The notes: generated by a model not told the origin, from the sequence alone. Counted from the stretch's first letter, positions 1 to 10,869 are shown. The stretch is 64,000 bases of DNA from Candidatus Latescibacterota bacterium (GCA_963667175.2 CAXXXF010000012.1:128001-192000), one strand, 5' to 3'. Numbers and translations are program-made.

Positions 1-3000
1 CGACCATGACCTCTTTGTCGAAGGGCTTTCCCGTCTTGCCGTCGTACAATACGGTTTTTCCGGTTTCCGGCAACCGTGCCCTGCCCAGCGCCGACTTGAT
101 GTCCTCGAGCGTAGCGCCGTCGAAGACGGGCGTGGCGACGTGAAGGTCCAGCGCCTGGGCGGCCCATCCGAGATGGGTCTCGAGAATCTGCCCCAGATTC
201 ATCCGTGACGGGACGCCCAGCGGATTGAGGATAATGTCGATCGGGGTGCCGTCGGGAAGATAAGGCATATCCTCTTCCGGTACGATGATCGAAACGACAC
301 CCTTGTTGCCATGGCGTCCCGCCATCTTGTCCCCGACCATCAGTTTGCGCTTTCGGGCGATGTACACCTTGACGAGCTGGACGATTCCCGGCGGAAGCTC
401 ATCGCCCCGTGCGATTTTTTCCAGCTCCCGTTCCAGTTCGTCATCCGCCGCACGGATCAGATTCTCGGCCAGCTCGATAATGCGGTCGACCTTCCGGTCG
501 ACTTCGGCATCGTCGACCCATGCGTCGTCCGGCCGAACGACGTCCAGGTCGAGCTTCCGGGCCAGCTTCTCATCGAATACCCTTCCGGAACGGGCCGCGA
601 CGGAGCCGTCTTCGGTATGCCGCAGCAGCTTCAGCTTTCTTCCCCGCAACTGCTCCGCCACCTGTTCGTCCCGGCTGGACTTGATCGCTTTGACTTTCTC
701 CTGGATCCGTGTCTTGACAGTGGCTGTCTTCTCTTTATCCGCCTTTCGGGTCTTTTCTCTGTCTTTACGCGAAAAAACCTTCCGGTCCATGACAACCCCG
801 TCCATTCCGGACGGCGCCTTTAAGGACGCATCTCTGACGTCTCCTGCTTTCTCTCCGAAAATCGCGCGCAGGAGGCGTTCCTCGGGAGACAGTTCGGTTT
901 CTCCCTTGGGAGTGACTTTACCCACGAGAATATCGCCGGACGTCACCTCGGCGCCGGACCGGACGATGCCCTGTTCATCCAGGTTGCGCACCGCCTGTTC
1001 GCTGACGTTCGGAATCTCCCTCGTTATCTCCTCCACCCCCCGCTTGGTGTCACGCACCTGGAGCTCGAATTCCTCTATGGATATCGAGGTGAAGATATCT
1101 TTCTTCAACAGCCGCTCGGAAACGATGATCGCGTCTTCGAAATTGTACCCGTTCCACGACATGAACGCGCATAGCACGTTTGCTCCGAGGGCAAGGTCCC
1201 CCCGGTCCGTGGCGCAGCCGTCCGCCAGGAGATCGCCTGCTCTAACCTTGTCGCCGACCCTCACGAGCGGCTTCTGGCTGATGCAGAAATCCTGGTTCGA
1301 CCGTTTGAATTTGATAAGCCTGTAGATATCTTCGTCGAACAAATCGATCATTTCGACGTTGGGGCCCTTTCGACGCTTCACGACGATCTTGTCCGCACTC
1401 ACGTAGGTGACCGTTCCGGGGCTCCTCGCCGTTACGACCGCCTTGGAATCCACGGCGACCGCGTGTTCCATTCCGGTACCGACGAACGGCGCTTCTGTCC
1501 GGAGCAGCGGTACCGCCTGTCGTTGCATATTCGAGCCCATCAGGGCGCGGTTGGCATCGTCGTGCTCGAGAAACGGAATCAGGGACGCCGCCGTACTGAC
1601 CAGCTGGCAAGGTGAGACGTCCATATAATCGATTTCCGAAGGCGCTACGAGGGGAAAGTCGCCACGCCGGCGGGCCTGCACGGCGGAATCCTGGAATCGC
1701 CCGTCAGCGTCGAGCATGGCATTGGCCTGGGCGATGGTGTGTTTGTCCTCCTCATCCGCGGACAGATACTTGATCTCCGAAGTCACCCTTCCGTCTTTCA
1801 CAACCCGGTACGGCGTTTCAAGAAATCCGAGGGCATTTATCTTCGCGTAGGTGGAGATGTTGGCGATAAGGCCGATATTGGGACCTTCCGGCGTTTCGAT
1901 GGGGCAAATCCGCCCGTAGTGGGTATGGTGAACGTCACGCACCTCGAAGCCGGCCCTGTCGCGCGTCAGGCCGCCGGGACCCAGCGCCGACAGCCGCCGC
2001 TTGTGCGACAGTTCGTCCAGCGGGTTGGTCTGCTGAAGGAACTGGGAGAGCTGGCTGCTGCCGAAGAACGCCTGAACCACGGTCGACACGGTCCTCGCGT
2101 TGACCAGATCCTGCGGTGTAATCTGTTCCGTATCCCTGAGACTCATCCGCTCTCTGATCGTTCTGGCCATGCGCACCAGGCCGGTTGAAAAGTGGTAGGA
2201 CAGGAGTTCGCCCACGGTCCGGATGCGCCGATTGCCGAGATGGTCGATGTCGTCTGTATAGCCCTCGCCCTTGAACAGGACCAGCAGATATTGGATGACC
2301 CTGTGAAAATCCTCAATGCACAGGGTGGTGAACTCCAGTGGAATGTTGAGATTCAGCCGCTGATTCAGGCGATAGCGCCCGACTTCGCCCAGCTGATAAC
2401 GCTTGGGGCTGAAGAACTGTCGCTCAAGCAGACCGCGCGCCGTCTCCAGATTCGGCGGATCGCCCGGACGCAGCAGATTGTAGATTCGTGAGAGCGCCTC
2501 TTCTTCGTTGTCGCAAGGATCTTTCTGTAGGGTATTGGCAATCACGCCGCCATCGTTCTCGGCATTCACGTCGAGTACGGTCAGCCGGTTGATCCCGGCG
2601 CCCTCCAGCGCCCGCAAGCGTTCTTCCGTTATCGTCTGGCTGGACTCGACGATCACTTCGCCGGTTTTCTTGTCGACCACGTCCTCCATCGCGACGGCGC
2701 CGACCAGGTCTTCGTCGACCTTCGCTGTCGTGTTCTCGTGAAACAGGCCGAGAATCTCTTCGTTCCGGCTGAAACCCAGGGCGCGCAGAAACGTGGTAAA
2801 CGGCAACTTCCGCTTCCTGTCTATATGCACGTACATGATATCGTTTATGTCCAGGCTGAATTCCAGCCAGGCGCCCTTGTACGGGATAATCCGCGCGGAA
2901 TAGAGCCGCTTTCCGTTGGGGTGAATGGTTTCGTCGAAAAAGACGCCGGGAGACCTGTGCAACTGGCTTACGATCACCCGTTCTGAACCATTGACGATAA

Positions 3001-3412
3001 ACGTGCCTTCGTCGGTCATCAGCGGCAGTTCGCCGAGGAATACCGTCTGCTCAACGATATCCTTGATCCGGAACTCCTTGTTCTCCTGCTTTTCGCGGGA
3101 AATCAGCCTTAACGTGGCGCGTAGCGGAACCGCGTAGGTTGTTCCTCGCTCCAGGCATTCACCCACGTCGTACTTCGGTGTGCCAATGGAATAGTCGACA
3201 AACTCGAGTGAGAAGAGCCTGTGGACGTCGCTGATCGGAAAGATACTATGGAAAACCGCCTGGAGGCCCTGTTTTCCACGTTCTCCAGGCGGTACGTCCT
3301 TTTGCAAGAACCAGTTGTAGGAATCTATCTGGATATCCAGAAGATTCGGCATTTCGATGGCTGAAGCGATTTTTCCGTAAGACTTCCTGTCTATAAGTCC
3401 ATTTTTCGCCAA
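1..3412 (-). CDS. rpoB: DNA-directed RNA polymerase subunit beta (3' end runs off window start)
   Basis: Manual translation of the minus strand. N-terminus [28 protein letters not shown] (TTG start, GGAGG upstream); conserved [12 protein letters not shown] and LYDGKTG; located downstream of rplL. Confidence 0.98.
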   Translation of the reverse strand, partial: MAKNGLIDRKSYGKIASAIEMPNLLDIQIDSYNWFLQKDVPPGERGKQGLQAVFHSIFPISDVHRLFSLEFVDYSIGTPKYDVGECLERGTTYAVPLRATLRLISREKQENKEFRIKDIVEQTVFLGELPLMTDEGTFIVNGSERVIVSQLHRSPGVFFDETIHPNGKRLYSARIIPYKGAWLEFSLDINDIMYVHIDRKRKLPFTTFLRALGFSRNEEILGLFHENTTAKVDEDLVGAVAMEDVVDKKTGEVIVESSQTITEERLRALEGAGINRLTVLDVNAENDGGVIANTLQKDPCDNEEEALSRIYNLLRPGDPPNLETARGLLERQFFSPKRYQLGEVGRYRLNQRLNLNIPLEFTTLCIEDFHRVIQYLLVLFKGEGYTDDIDHLGNRRIRTVGELLSYHFSTGLVRMARTIRERMSLRDTEQITPQDLVNARTVSTVVQAFFGSSQLSQFLQQTNPLDELSHKRRLSALGPGGLTRDRAGFEVRDVHHTHYGRICPIETPEGPNIGLIANISTYAKINALGFLETPYRVVKDGRVTSEIKYLSADEEDKHTIAQANAMLDADGRFQDSAVQARRRGDFPLVAPSEIDYMDVSPCQLVSTAASLIPFLEHDDANRALMGSNMQRQAVPLLRTEAPFVGTGMEHAVAVDSKAVVTARSPGTVTYVSADKIVVKRRKGPNVEMIDLFDEDIYRLIKFKRSNQDFCISQKPLVRVGDKVRAGDLLADGCATDRGDLALGANVLCAFMSWNGYNFEDAIIVSERLLKKDIFTSISIEEFELQVRDTKRGVEEITREIPNVSEQAVRNLDEQGIVRSGAEVTSGDILVGKVTPKGETELSPEERLLRAIFGEKAGDVRDASLKAPSGMDGVVMDRKVFSRKDREKTRKADKEKTATVKTRIQEKVKAIKSSRDEQVAEQLRGRKLKLLRHTEDGSVAARSGRVFDEKLARKLDLDVVRPDDAWVDDAEVDRKVDRIIELAENLIRAADDELERELEKIARGDELPPGIVQLVKVYIARKRKLMVGDKMAGRHGNKGVVSIIVPEEDMPYLPDGTPIDIILNPLGVPSRMNLGQILETHLGWAAQALDLHVATPVFDGATLEDIKSALGRARLPETGKTVLYDGKTGKPFDKEVMV

Positions 3413-3475
3413 GATGATCACGCTCCTCCGGTGAAATCGACCATTGATTGAGGGCAGGAATGCCGTGATGCGAGT

Positions 3476-3856
3476 CTATTTGATTTCAACCACGGCTCCA
3501 ACCTCCTCCAACTCGGCCTTGATCTGGTCGGCCTCCTCCTTGGAAACGCCCTCCTTCACGCTGCGAGGCGCGCCGTCGACGAGTTCCTTGGCTTCTTTCA
3601 AGCCCAGGCTGGTGACGCTGCGTACCACTTTAATCACCTGAATCTTCTTGTCGCCGATGGCGCTCAATACCACGTCGAATTCCGTCTGTTCCTCTTCCTC
3701 CGCCTCTCCGTCGGCGACGGCGACGGCGCCGGCCGCCGGCGCGGCAACCATCGCCTGGGCGCTCACGCCGAATTTATCCTCGAGCGCCTTAACCAACTCG
3801 GCCAGTTCCAGAACGGAGAGCTTTTCGATTTCATCGATAATGTCTGCGATTGCCAT
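3476..3856 (-). CDS. rplL: 50S ribosomal protein L7/L12
   Basis: EFDVVL...KIQVIKVVR...[13 protein letters not shown] motifs. Confidence 0.98.
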   Translation of the reverse strand: MAIADIIDEIEKLSVLELAELVKALEDKFGVSAQAMVAAPAAGAVAVADGEAEEEEQTEFDVVLSAIGDKKIQVIKVVRSVTSLGLKEAKELVDGAPRSVKEGVSKEEADQIKAELEEVGAVVEIK

Positions 3857-3915
3857 GGATATCCTCCATACGTCGTATCCTGATGATTGAAACGGTTTTA
3901 GGTGGCCCGGAATGC

Positions 3916-4452
3916 CTAGTCATCCACCCCGGCCTCACCCTTCTTCCTGGCAATTTCGTTCAGAATCAGAACGAGGTTCTGCAGCATGCCGCCCAGGCAG
4001 AATACCAGCCCGCTCAACGGACTCTGGACCGACGAGACCACCTGCCCCAACAGCACTTCCCTCGAGGGAAGTTTGGCAAGCGCCTCCAGTTGATCTTCCC
4101 GATAGACCCGTCCGTCCGCAAAGCCGCCCTTGACCCTTGGGAGGCCGTTCGACTCCTCGGCAAACTCGTGAAGCAGCCTCACCGGCGCCACCGGATCGGT
4201 TTCCGAACTGGCCAGACCGGTTGGCCCCTGCAAAACCTCTTCCAGACCCTGAATACCCGCGTTTTTTACCGCAATCAACGCCAGGCGGTTTTTGACGACC
4301 CTGTACGTGATTTCCTCGTCGCGCAGCCGTTTGCGGAGCCGCGTGACCTCTGGGACGTCGAGACCGGTAAAATCGGCCAGATAGAACCCCTGGGACCTGC
4401 GCATGAGTTGGGTCAATTCTTCGACCGCGCTGATTTTTCCAGCCGTTGGCAT
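3916..4452 (-). CDS. rplJ: 50S ribosomal protein L10
   Basis: VVKNRL and [11 protein letters not shown] motifs; lies between rplA and rplL; start taken at MPTAGK. Confidence 0.95.
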   Translation of the reverse strand: MPTAGKISAVEELTQLMRRSQGFYLADFTGLDVPEVTRLRKRLRDEEITYRVVKNRLALIAVKNAGIQGLEEVLQGPTGLASSETDPVAPVRLLHEFAEESNGLPRVKGGFADGRVYREDQLEALAKLPSREVLLGQVVSSVQSPLSGLVFCLGGMLQNLVLILNEIARKKGEAGVDD

Positions 4453-4484
4453 CCTGTTCCCTTCCGTTGCGGGCACGCTCCCCG

Positions 4485-5183
4485 TCAGCTGGCCACACTG
4501 GACCGATCGATACGGACACCCGGGCCCATCGTGGTCGCCAGGGTAACCGACCGGACATATTGCCCTTTTGTAGAAGAAGGACGCGCGCGCAGAATCGTAT
4601 CGAAAAGCGTTTGGACGTTCTCAACCAATCGGTTCTTCTCGAACGAGACCCTGCCCACGGGCGCGTGGACGTTTCCATTCCGGTCGGCCCGATACTCCAC
4701 GCGACCCGCCTTGGCCTCCGCCACCGCCCGCGCCACGTCCGGCGTGACCGTGCCGCTCTTGGGATTGGGCATCAGCCCGCGGGGCCCGAGTATTCTTCCC
4801 AGTCGTCCGACAACCCTCATCATGTCCGGCGCCGCGATGGCTACGTCGAAATCGGTCCAGCCCCCGTTGATGCGTTCGGCCAGATCGTCGGCGCCCACGA
4901 CGTCCGCCCCGGCGCCCTCGGCCGCGGCAGCCTGTTCGCCTTTGGCGAACACGACCACGCGAATCGTCTTTCCAAGCCCGTGGGGCAGCATCACCGTACC
5001 CCGGATCTGCTGGTCGGCCTGCCTCGGGTCCACGCCCAGCCGGATGGCCATTTCGACCGTCTGATCGAATTTCGGCGCCGGCATGTCTTTCAGCATCGTT
5101 ACGGCGTCTTCAATCGAATATTGCGCGCGTCGGTCGATTTGAGAAAGCGCCGTCTTGAAACGCCTCCCGTTGCGCCCAGCCAT
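4485..5183 (-). CDS. rplA: 50S ribosomal protein L1
   Basis: KFDQTVE, LPHGLGK and [15 protein letters not shown] motifs; start MAGRNG follows a GGAGG RBS. Confidence 0.98.
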   Translation of the reverse strand: MAGRNGRRFKTALSQIDRRAQYSIEDAVTMLKDMPAPKFDQTVEMAIRLGVDPRQADQQIRGTVMLPHGLGKTIRVVVFAKGEQAAAAEGAGADVVGADDLAERINGGWTDFDVAIAAPDMMRVVGRLGRILGPRGLMPNPKSGTVTPDVARAVAEAKAGRVEYRADRNGNVHAPVGRVSFEKNRLVENVQTLFDTILRARPSSTKGQYVRSVTLATTMGPGVRIDRSSVAS

Positions 5184-5342
5184 GATGAATGACCTCCTAA
5201 ACGTTCTGTTCCGAAAACAAGCTGCCTGTGTCTGACCGTCGAGTCGCCCGGCTCGCAAGGCGCCAAAGCGCAGGCGACCTGGGCAACGCCGCGAGACGAG
5301 ATGAATCGTCGGCCGATTGGTGGGGTATTCTGGGACAGGACA

Positions 5343-5768
5343 CTAATTCTCAACCGTGATACCGGCGCTGCGCGCCGTTCCTTCGATCATGCGCACGGCG
5401 GTTTCCAGACTGCTCGCATTCAGATCTTCCATTTTCATCTCGGCGATCTCCCGAACCTGATCCCGATTCACACTGCCGACCTTGGTCCGGTTGGACTCGG
5501 GAGATCCCTTCTCGAGTCCCGCGGCCCTTTTCAGCAATACTGCGGCCGGCGGGCTTTTTGTGATAAACGAGAAACTGCGGTCGCCAAACACGGTAATGAC
5601 CGCCGGAACGATCAATCCCTGCTTGTCTTTGGTCTGTGCGTTGAACGCCTGGCAGAATTCCATGATGTTGACCCCGTGCTGTCCAAGCGCCGGACCGACA
5701 GGCGGCGTCGGGGACGCCTGGCCCGCCGGAATCTGCAGTTTGATCGTCGTCATAATCTTCTTGGCCAT
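5343..5768 (-). CDS. rplK: 50S ribosomal protein L11
   Basis: [18 protein letters not shown] motif. Confidence 0.98.
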   Translation of the reverse strand: MAKKIMTTIKLQIPAGQASPTPPVGPALGQHGVNIMEFCQAFNAQTKDKQGLIVPAVITVFGDRSFSFITKSPPAAVLLKRAAGLEKGSPESNRTKVGSVNRDQVREIAEMKMEDLNASSLETAVRMIEGTARSAGITVEN

Positions 5769-5772
5769 CGTG

Positions 5773-6312
5773 CTACCTTTCCACGGCTTCTTCGACCTGC
5801 AGGACGTCCAGTTCCACGGGCGTGTTCCTTCCGAAGATGCTCACCATCACCTTGATCTTTCTCTTTTCGGGGTTCACGACGTCGACCATCCCGATGAATT
5901 CGCTGAAGGGGCCGTCGATCACTTTCACACGGTCTCCGACCTGATAGGGAATTTCCTGATCGTCCTGGACCTGACGCCGGTCGACGTGACCCAGCACGTG
6001 TTCCACCTCTTTTTCGTGGAGCGGCTGGGGGCGCTTCCCCGGCCCGACGAAGCTCGTGACACCTGGCACATTCGTGACGAAGTGCATGGTCTCCTTATCC
6101 ATTTCCATTTCGACTAGAATGTAACTGGGCAGGAATTTCCTGAAGGAGGTCGTCTTCCGTCCATCCTTCATCTCGACAACCTCTTCGGTAGGTACGACGA
6201 CCCGGTTGATCCTCTCCGCAACCTCAGTGCCTTCCTTGGCGCTTTCGAGGTAGGAACGCACTTTGTTTTCGTGTCCTGAATAGGTATGCACGACGTACCA
6301 GCGCATTGCCAT
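5773..6312 (-). CDS. nusG: Transcription termination/antitermination factor NusG
   Basis: [14 protein letters not shown]; KOW motif [11 protein letters not shown]; [10 protein letters not shown]. Confidence 0.98.
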   Translation of the reverse strand: MAMRWYVVHTYSGHENKVRSYLESAKEGTEVAERINRVVVPTEEVVEMKDGRKTTSFRKFLPSYILVEMEMDKETMHFVTNVPGVTSFVGPGKRPQPLHEKEVEHVLGHVDRRQVQDDQEIPYQVGDRVKVIDGPFSEFIGMVDVVNPEKRKIKVMVSIFGRNTPVELDVLQVEEAVER

Positions 6313-6346
6313 GGTGTATCACTCTCTGTTGAAAAGCCAGAGGTCG

Positions 6347-6532
6347 TCAGCTCATTACAAATCTGCGAACCAGCGAAAGCACGAAGTCGACGGCGAAGAT
6401 GAATAGGGAAAGCGCCAGCGAAACCACCAGCACAATCGTTGTCGAAGCGATCAGCTCTTCACGGGTAGGCCAGGTCACCTTGCCCATTTCGAGCTGGACG
6501 TCTTTAATGAACTGCGCCACTTTCGCGAACAT
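6347..6532 (-). CDS. secE: Preprotein translocase subunit SecE
   Basis: EMGKVTWPTREEL followed by one TM helix; upstream of nusG. Confidence 0.95.
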   Translation of the reverse strand: MFAKVAQFIKDVQLEMGKVTWPTREELIASTTIVLVVSLALSLFIFAVDFVLSLVRRFVMS

Positions 6533-6695
6533 CGGGTACACCGCCAGGGAAACGCCCCAACACCTGAAACAGCCCGGAAGCGGGCTCGCGTATGCCGCAG
6601 TCGACAAAGGCAGATGGGGATGCGGAAAAGAAACCCGGCTCCTGCAACTTCCAGCGGAACTCAGGCGCGGGTCAGGTGTCTGTTTCGGAGGAAAA

Positions 6696-6771
6696 TGGCA
6701 GGGCAGGCAGGAATCGAACCCGCAACCACCGGTTTTGGAGACCGGTGCTCTACCAATTGAGCTACTGCCCT
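6696..6771 (-). tRNA. tRNA-Trp (CCA)
   Basis: AGGGCAGTAGCTCAATTGGTAGAGCACCGGTCTCCAAAACCGG...GGTTCGATTCC...CCA cloverleaf. Confidence 0.97.
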
Positions 6772-6801
6772 AACCCCAAAATCTGCTTTGAATCATGAAT
6801 C

Positions 6802-6954
6802 TCAGCGAGTCTCCCGGTGCAGGGTATGCTTGCGACAGAACCTGCAATATTTCTTGAATTCCACGCGGTCCGGGTGTAATCGCCGATTCTTGCTCGTCGT
6901 ATAATTCCGGCGCGCGCAGTCGGCGCAGGCCAATGTAATCAGATCTCTGGGCAT
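6802..6954 (-). CDS. rpmG: 50S ribosomal protein L33 (Zn-ribbon type, two CxxC)
   Basis: Manual translation [50 protein letters not shown]; too short to appear in the ORF track. Confidence 0.96.
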   Translation of the reverse strand: MPRDLITLACADCARRNYTTSKNRRLHPDRVEFKKYCRFCRKHTLHRETR

Positions 6955-6976
6955 CGATGGGTACCGGACGTTGTTT

Positions 6977-7052
6977 TGGAGCCCACGACCGGACTCGAAC
7001 CGGTGACCTCCTCCTTACCAAGGAGGTGCTCTACCGACTGAGCTACATGGGC
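6977..7052 (-). tRNA. tRNA-Thr (GGT)
   Basis: GCCCATGTAGCTCAGTCGGTAGAGCACCTCCTTGGTAAGGAGG...GGTTCGAGTCC...CCA. Confidence 0.97.
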
Positions 7053-7106
7053 CCTGTACCCTGTCTGCACGACAGAAAAGGGCTGATAACGCAGCCCGCA
7101 GGAAAT

Positions 7107-7183
7107 TGGAGCGGGAAACGGGACTCGAACCCGCGACATTCAGCTTGGAAGGCTGACGCTCTAGCCAACTGAGCTATTCCCGC
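7107..7183 (-). tRNA. tRNA-Gly (TCC)
   Basis: GCGGGAATAGCTCAGTTGGCTAGAGCGTCAGCCTTCCAAGCTGA...GGTTCGAGTCC...CCA. Confidence 0.97.
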
Positions 7184-7254
7184 GCAGAACAGGAAACGAC
7201 TCTCTGCGGGCCGTACACGCACGAATGCCGGCCCTGAAAGTTTCCAGACTTGAG

Positions 7255-7283
7255 AAGTTATAATATACGAGTATGGATGTCAA
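7255..7283 (-). promoter_or_regulatory. Probable sigma70 promoter for the tRNA-Gly/Thr-rpmG-secE operon
   Basis: TTGACA followed by AT-rich TATATTATAACTT at 15-17 nt spacing. Confidence 0.55.
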
Positions 7284-7428
7284 GATTTTTTGTTAATACC
7301 GCTTCTTGAGAAAAACATCCACGTTCCGGAAACGGCGCGGGCGTAGCCCCGCGGGACTCGCCTGCCTGCCGGAGAGAAGATGCTCCTCAGGGATCTTTCC
7401 CGGCGACGGACCTGCCACGACAACCAAC

Positions 7429-7453
7429 AAAAACCCCTCCGTTTGAGGAGGGG
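7429..7453 (-). terminator. Intrinsic terminator after tRNA-Tyr
   Basis: CCCCTCC/GGAGGGG hairpin followed by a T-run on the minus strand. Confidence 0.6.
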
Positions 7454-7469
7454 CGCAGGGCCCGGATCA

Positions 7470-7555
7470 TGGTGGGGAGGGGCGGATTCGAACCACCGAA
7501 GGCGTCAGCCAACAGATTTACAGTCTGCCCCCGTTGACCGCTTGGGTACCTCCCC
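7470..7555 (-). tRNA. tRNA-Tyr (GTA)
   Basis: GGGGAGGTACCCAAGCGGTCAACGGGGGCAGACTGTAAATCTG, long variable arm, GGTTCGAATCC...CCA. Confidence 0.97.
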
Positions 7556-7579
7556 ACATGCTGTGCAATCGAAGCAGAG

Positions 7580-7608
7580 AAAATACAGGGCAACGCCCCT
7601 GAAGTCAA
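7580..7608 (-). promoter_or_regulatory. Probable sigma70 promoter of tRNA-Tyr
   Basis: TTGACT-17nt-TATTTT. Confidence 0.55.
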
Positions 7609-7630
7609 GCGGAAAAGTGCGAATTGCCGT

Positions 7631-7659
7631 TTGACAAAACCGGCATGAATGCGTATTTT
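7631..7659 (+). promoter_or_regulatory. Probable sigma70 promoter, divergent from tRNA-Tyr
   Basis: TTGACA-17nt-TATTTT. Confidence 0.55.
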
Positions 7660-7825
7660 GCCCCCGCCGTTCCTCCAGCGCCGGATGCCTTCCGGGGGTC
7701 TTCGACCGAACCGTCTTAACGCCGCGTTCCGGCTGGAAGGAATCGGCATCGCATGCCCGTTTGCCAAATCGCTCCCCTCACGATTCGGACCAGCGAAATC
7801 GCAAGGCAGGAAAGGAGTCGTTGTT

Positions 7826-8740
7826 GTGACCGAACCCATTCAGAACTACGCTCGAATCGGCATCGTACACTTTATGGCCTACAAATCCTGCATCGGCGGC
7901 GAAGGGCCGATTGTGGAGACACTTGAAAGGATCGCGCTCGATCCCTATTTTCAGGCGGTGGAAGTCACCCATATGAAGGACGAAAAGGTGCTGGCGGAAG
8001 CCGCCGAACTGCTCGAGGCCGCCCATATGGACGTGGCCTTCGGCGCCCAACCGATTCTTCTGGGCGGCAACCTGAACATCAACGCCGACGACGAGGACCA
8101 CAGGCTCGGTGCGGTGGATGCGGTCATCGCAGGCATCGGGCAGGCCGAAGCGCTGGGGGCCCCGGGGGTCGCTCTGCTTTCGGGCGCCGATCCCGGTCCT
8201 GGAGCCCGCGAACGGGGCGTGGACCTGCTGGTCGACTCTCTGTATCGCCTTTGCGAAGAAGCGGCCGGCAGGAACATGAACATTGTACTCGAAACGTTCG
8301 ATCGCGTGCCCTTTGGCAAGAATTGCCTCGTCGGCCCGAACGCCCTGGCAGTCGAAGTTTCTTCCAGGGTACGGCGGGAGTACCCGAACTTTGGATTGAT
8401 GCTGGACCTGAGTCATTTTCCCCTGCAGGGCGAAACCTCGGAATACGCGCTGAGAATCGCTCGCGACCACCTGGTCCACGCCCATATCGGCAACTGCGTG
8501 ATGCGAAACCCCCGTCATCCGGCATACGGAGACAATCATCCCCGCTTCGGTTGCGAAGATGGAGAGAACGACGTTCCCGAAGCCGTCGAATTCCTCAGCG
8601 AACTGCTCGACGTCGGTTTTCTGGATCCTGAGAAGCGTCCCGTTCTCAGCTTCGAAGTTTCTCCGATGGAGGGAGAATCAGCTGAAATCGTCATCGCCAA
8701 CGCCAAGAGGGTTCTCGACGCTGCGTGGGCGCAGGTCTGA
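7826..8740 (+). CDS. Sugar phosphate isomerase/epimerase (xylose isomerase-like TIM barrel)
   Basis: LETFD, LDLSH, HAHIGN and SFEV metal ligands; GTG start after AAGGAG. Confidence 0.8.
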   Translation: MTEPIQNYARIGIVHFMAYKSCIGGEGPIVETLERIALDPYFQAVEVTHMKDEKVLAEAAELLEAAHMDVAFGAQPILLGGNLNINADDEDHRLGAVDAVIAGIGQAEALGAPGVALLSGADPGPGARERGVDLLVDSLYRLCEEAAGRNMNIVLETFDRVPFGKNCLVGPNALAVEVSSRVRREYPNFGLMLDLSHFPLQGETSEYALRIARDHLVHAHIGNCVMRNPRHPAYGDNHPRFGCEDGENDVPEAVEFLSELLDVGFLDPEKRPVLSFEVSPMEGESAEIVIANAKRVLDAAWAQV

Positions 8741-8757
8741 TCCAAGGTCTGATCTAA

Positions 8758-8855
8758 CAGCCCGTTGAAAGAGTCCATCCGGTCTGCGTCCGGCCCTTGT
8801 GACCGAAATACGGCGTTGCCTGCCTGCGGCAGGCAGGCGCTCCCTCCCCGAATCC
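8758..8855 (+). mobile_element. Truncated MITE-like repeat (copy of 36861-37019) carrying a 19-nt palindrome insertion
   Basis: CAGCCCGTTGAAAGAGTCCATCCGGTCTGCGTCCGGCCC...CGCTCCCTCCCCGAATCC closely matches the reverse complement of about 36941-37019. Confidence 0.75.
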
Positions 8856-8875
8856 GACGCGGCCGGCAAACGGCG

Positions 8876-9652
8876 TTACCCGTCTGAACGCTCCCCACCC
8901 CGGACCCCGAGCAGCCATCCGAATACCCAGGCAAAAACCACCATCAGGTAGAATGAGCCAATCGAACCGATCAACATCGCCACTGGCGGCACGGCCCCCA
9001 GCAGCAGGTTCAGAAAAAGCAGCAATCCGTAAGTGAGATAAAACGCAAGACACGCCTGTGTATACCGCCCGCCGCGAATGACCCGCCGAATGTCCGACAG
9101 GATTGCGCCCGGATCGAATGAAGCCCATATCTTGCGCTCGGCTGCAAACCGGGCGAATACCACGGGCAGGAGCCCGTATAGCAGCATTGCGGCGGCGATT
9201 GCGAGCAATGTGACCGCGCTGAGCCGGGTCGGGTCTTTTCCCGGCGGTACCAGTCCCAGAACGGCCATCACGGCAAGCGCCCCCAGACCGGCCAGAAACA
9301 GGTATCCGAAAAAGATTACGCCAAGCCGCACCCCCACGCCCGCGTATTGCCTCCATGCGCCCCAATCGGGAAGCTGCCTGAATTCCATTCCGTTCAATGC
9401 GTCGACAAAGACGCGATACATATACCCCCAGGAAACGAGCGTCGGAAATACGAAGAATACCACCGCGACGGGCGCCAGCAACACGGTGACTTTCCCAAGC
9501 GCCATAAAAACGGCGAGCAGCAGGGCCAGACTCGGCAGCAGGGACAGCAACCCACCCAGCAGGATCTTCTGCCGCCAGCGCACGTCCTGTAACGGCGCCC
9601 GCAAAGCGAACATAAGGAACGGACCGAACATACATTCGAAGGGCCGCGTCAC
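8876..9652 (-). CDS. Membrane protein, DUF4013-like
   Basis: KILLGGLL, GYMYRV, LPDWGAW motifs; multiple TM segments. Confidence 0.7.
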   Translation of the reverse strand: MTRPFECMFGPFLMFALRAPLQDVRWRQKILLGGLLSLLPSLALLLAVFMALGKVTVLLAPVAVVFFVFPTLVSWGYMYRVFVDALNGMEFRQLPDWGAWRQYAGVGVRLGVIFFGYLFLAGLGALAVMAVLGLVPPGKDPTRLSAVTLLAIAAAMLLYGLLPVVFARFAAERKIWASFDPGAILSDIRRVIRGGRYTQACLAFYLTYGLLLFLNLLLGAVPPVAMLIGSIGSFYLMVVFAWVFGWLLGVRGGERSDG

Positions 9653-9675
9653 CGCGGCCTCGCTCCCCCATCTCG

Positions 9676-10869
9676 TTACATGGCCTCCAGGGCCCGTTCC
9701 ACGTCTTCGATCAGGTCTTTCGCGTCCTCGACACCGACGGAATAGCGTACCAGTTCGTCTTTGATCCCGACGGCCACCCGGTCTTCCCGCGCCATTTCAT
9801 AGTAGGAGATGGTTGACGGATGGGAGACGATGCTCTCCACGCCGCCAAGGCTCGCCCCGATGCACGGAACGTTCAGGCGATCCAGGAACGCCATGGTTCC
9901 GCCAAGATCCGCATCCAGGTCGAAACTCACCACGCCGCCGTACCCGCGCATTTGCTCCCGTGCGACCCCGTGGTGCGGGTGGCTCTCCAGTCCGGGATAG
10001 TAAACCTGACGCACCTTGACGTTTCCCTCCAGAAAGCGGGCGAGCGCCAGCGCCGTTTCATTCTGGCGCGCCATCCTCAATGGAAACGTCTTGATGCCTC
10101 TGATCAGCAGATAGGCGCAGTGGGGGTCGATCACCCCACCCAGGATACCTCGATAGTCCTTGATGGCCGATACCAGGGGCTCGGCGCCGAGTACGGCGCC
10201 TGCAATCAGGTCGTTATGCCCCCCCAGGTACTTGGTTGCGCTGTGAATGACCAGGTCGACGCCGAACTCGAGGGGACGCTGGTTGAACGGCGTGGAAAAC
10301 GTGCTGTCTATCACGACCTTCGAACGGTTTGCCTTTGCGATGGGCACCACCCTCTCCAGATCCATCACGTTCAGATGCGGGTTGGTTGGAGATTCCGCAA
10401 TTACGACCCTCGTATTTTCCTGCATGGCCGAAGCCAACCGCCCATAATCGCCCGCGGGAACAAAAGTTGTGGCAATTCCGAACTTTTTCAGCACCTGTTC
10501 GCAGAACTGAGCGGTTTTTCGATAACAGTCGTCGGCGATCACGGCGTGGTGACCCGTGGACAACATGCCAAGTAGCGTCGTTGTCACGGCGCTCATGCCG
10601 GACGAAAACAACAGCGCCGCATCGGCTCCTTCAAGCTCGGCCAGTTTTCGTTCCGCAATCTGCTGGGTCGGGTTCCCGTAGCGACCGTAATCGAGGCGGG
10701 GCGATCGTCCGGACGTGAAATCGACCACTGCCTCCGTATTCTCGAATACGTAGGTCGACGTTTGCGCGATCGGGACCGTGAGGGAATGGCCCCAATGCCC
10801 GCCCTTTTCTCCGGCGTGGACCGCACGCGTGGAACTGCAGGCGCCATCAGTCGATGGGCTTTTTTTCAT
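9676..10869 (-). CDS. metB: Cystathionine gamma-synthase-type PLP enzyme (Cys/Met metabolism family)
   Basis: YGRYGNPT, SSGMSA, ESPTNP, HSATKYLGGHND and SLGGVES motifs; preceded by a SAM riboswitch. Confidence 0.8.
   Translation of the reverse strand: MKKSPSTDGACSSTRAVHAGEKGGHWGHSLTVPIAQTSTYVFENTEAVVDFTSGRSPRLDYGRYGNPTQQIAERKLAELEGADAALLFSSGMSAVTTTLLGMLSTGHHAVIADDCYRKTAQFCEQVLKKFGIATTFVPAGDYGRLASAMQENTRVVIAESPTNPHLNVMDLERVVPIAKANRSKVVIDSTFSTPFNQRPLEFGVDLVIHSATKYLGGHNDLIAGAVLGAEPLVSAIKDYRGILGGVIDPHCAYLLIRGIKTFPLRMARQNETALALARFLEGNVKVRQVYYPGLESHPHHGVAREQMRGYGGVVSFDLDADLGGTMAFLDRLNVPCIGASLGGVESIVSHPSTISYYEMAREDRVAVGIKDELVRYSVGVEDAKDLIEDVERALEAM

Noticed and set aside
1-3412. Intein or large insertion in rpoB
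   Set aside because: About 1130 codons to the LYDG.TG motif is an ordinary length, and I noticed no intein motifs.
285-5855. Long plus-strand ORFs over rpoB and the ribosomal protein genes (and similar antisense ORFs such as 13757-15307, 23894-25429 and 57252-58892)
   Set aside because: These are shadow ORFs typical of high-GC DNA, opposite well-supported genes and with no recognisable motifs.
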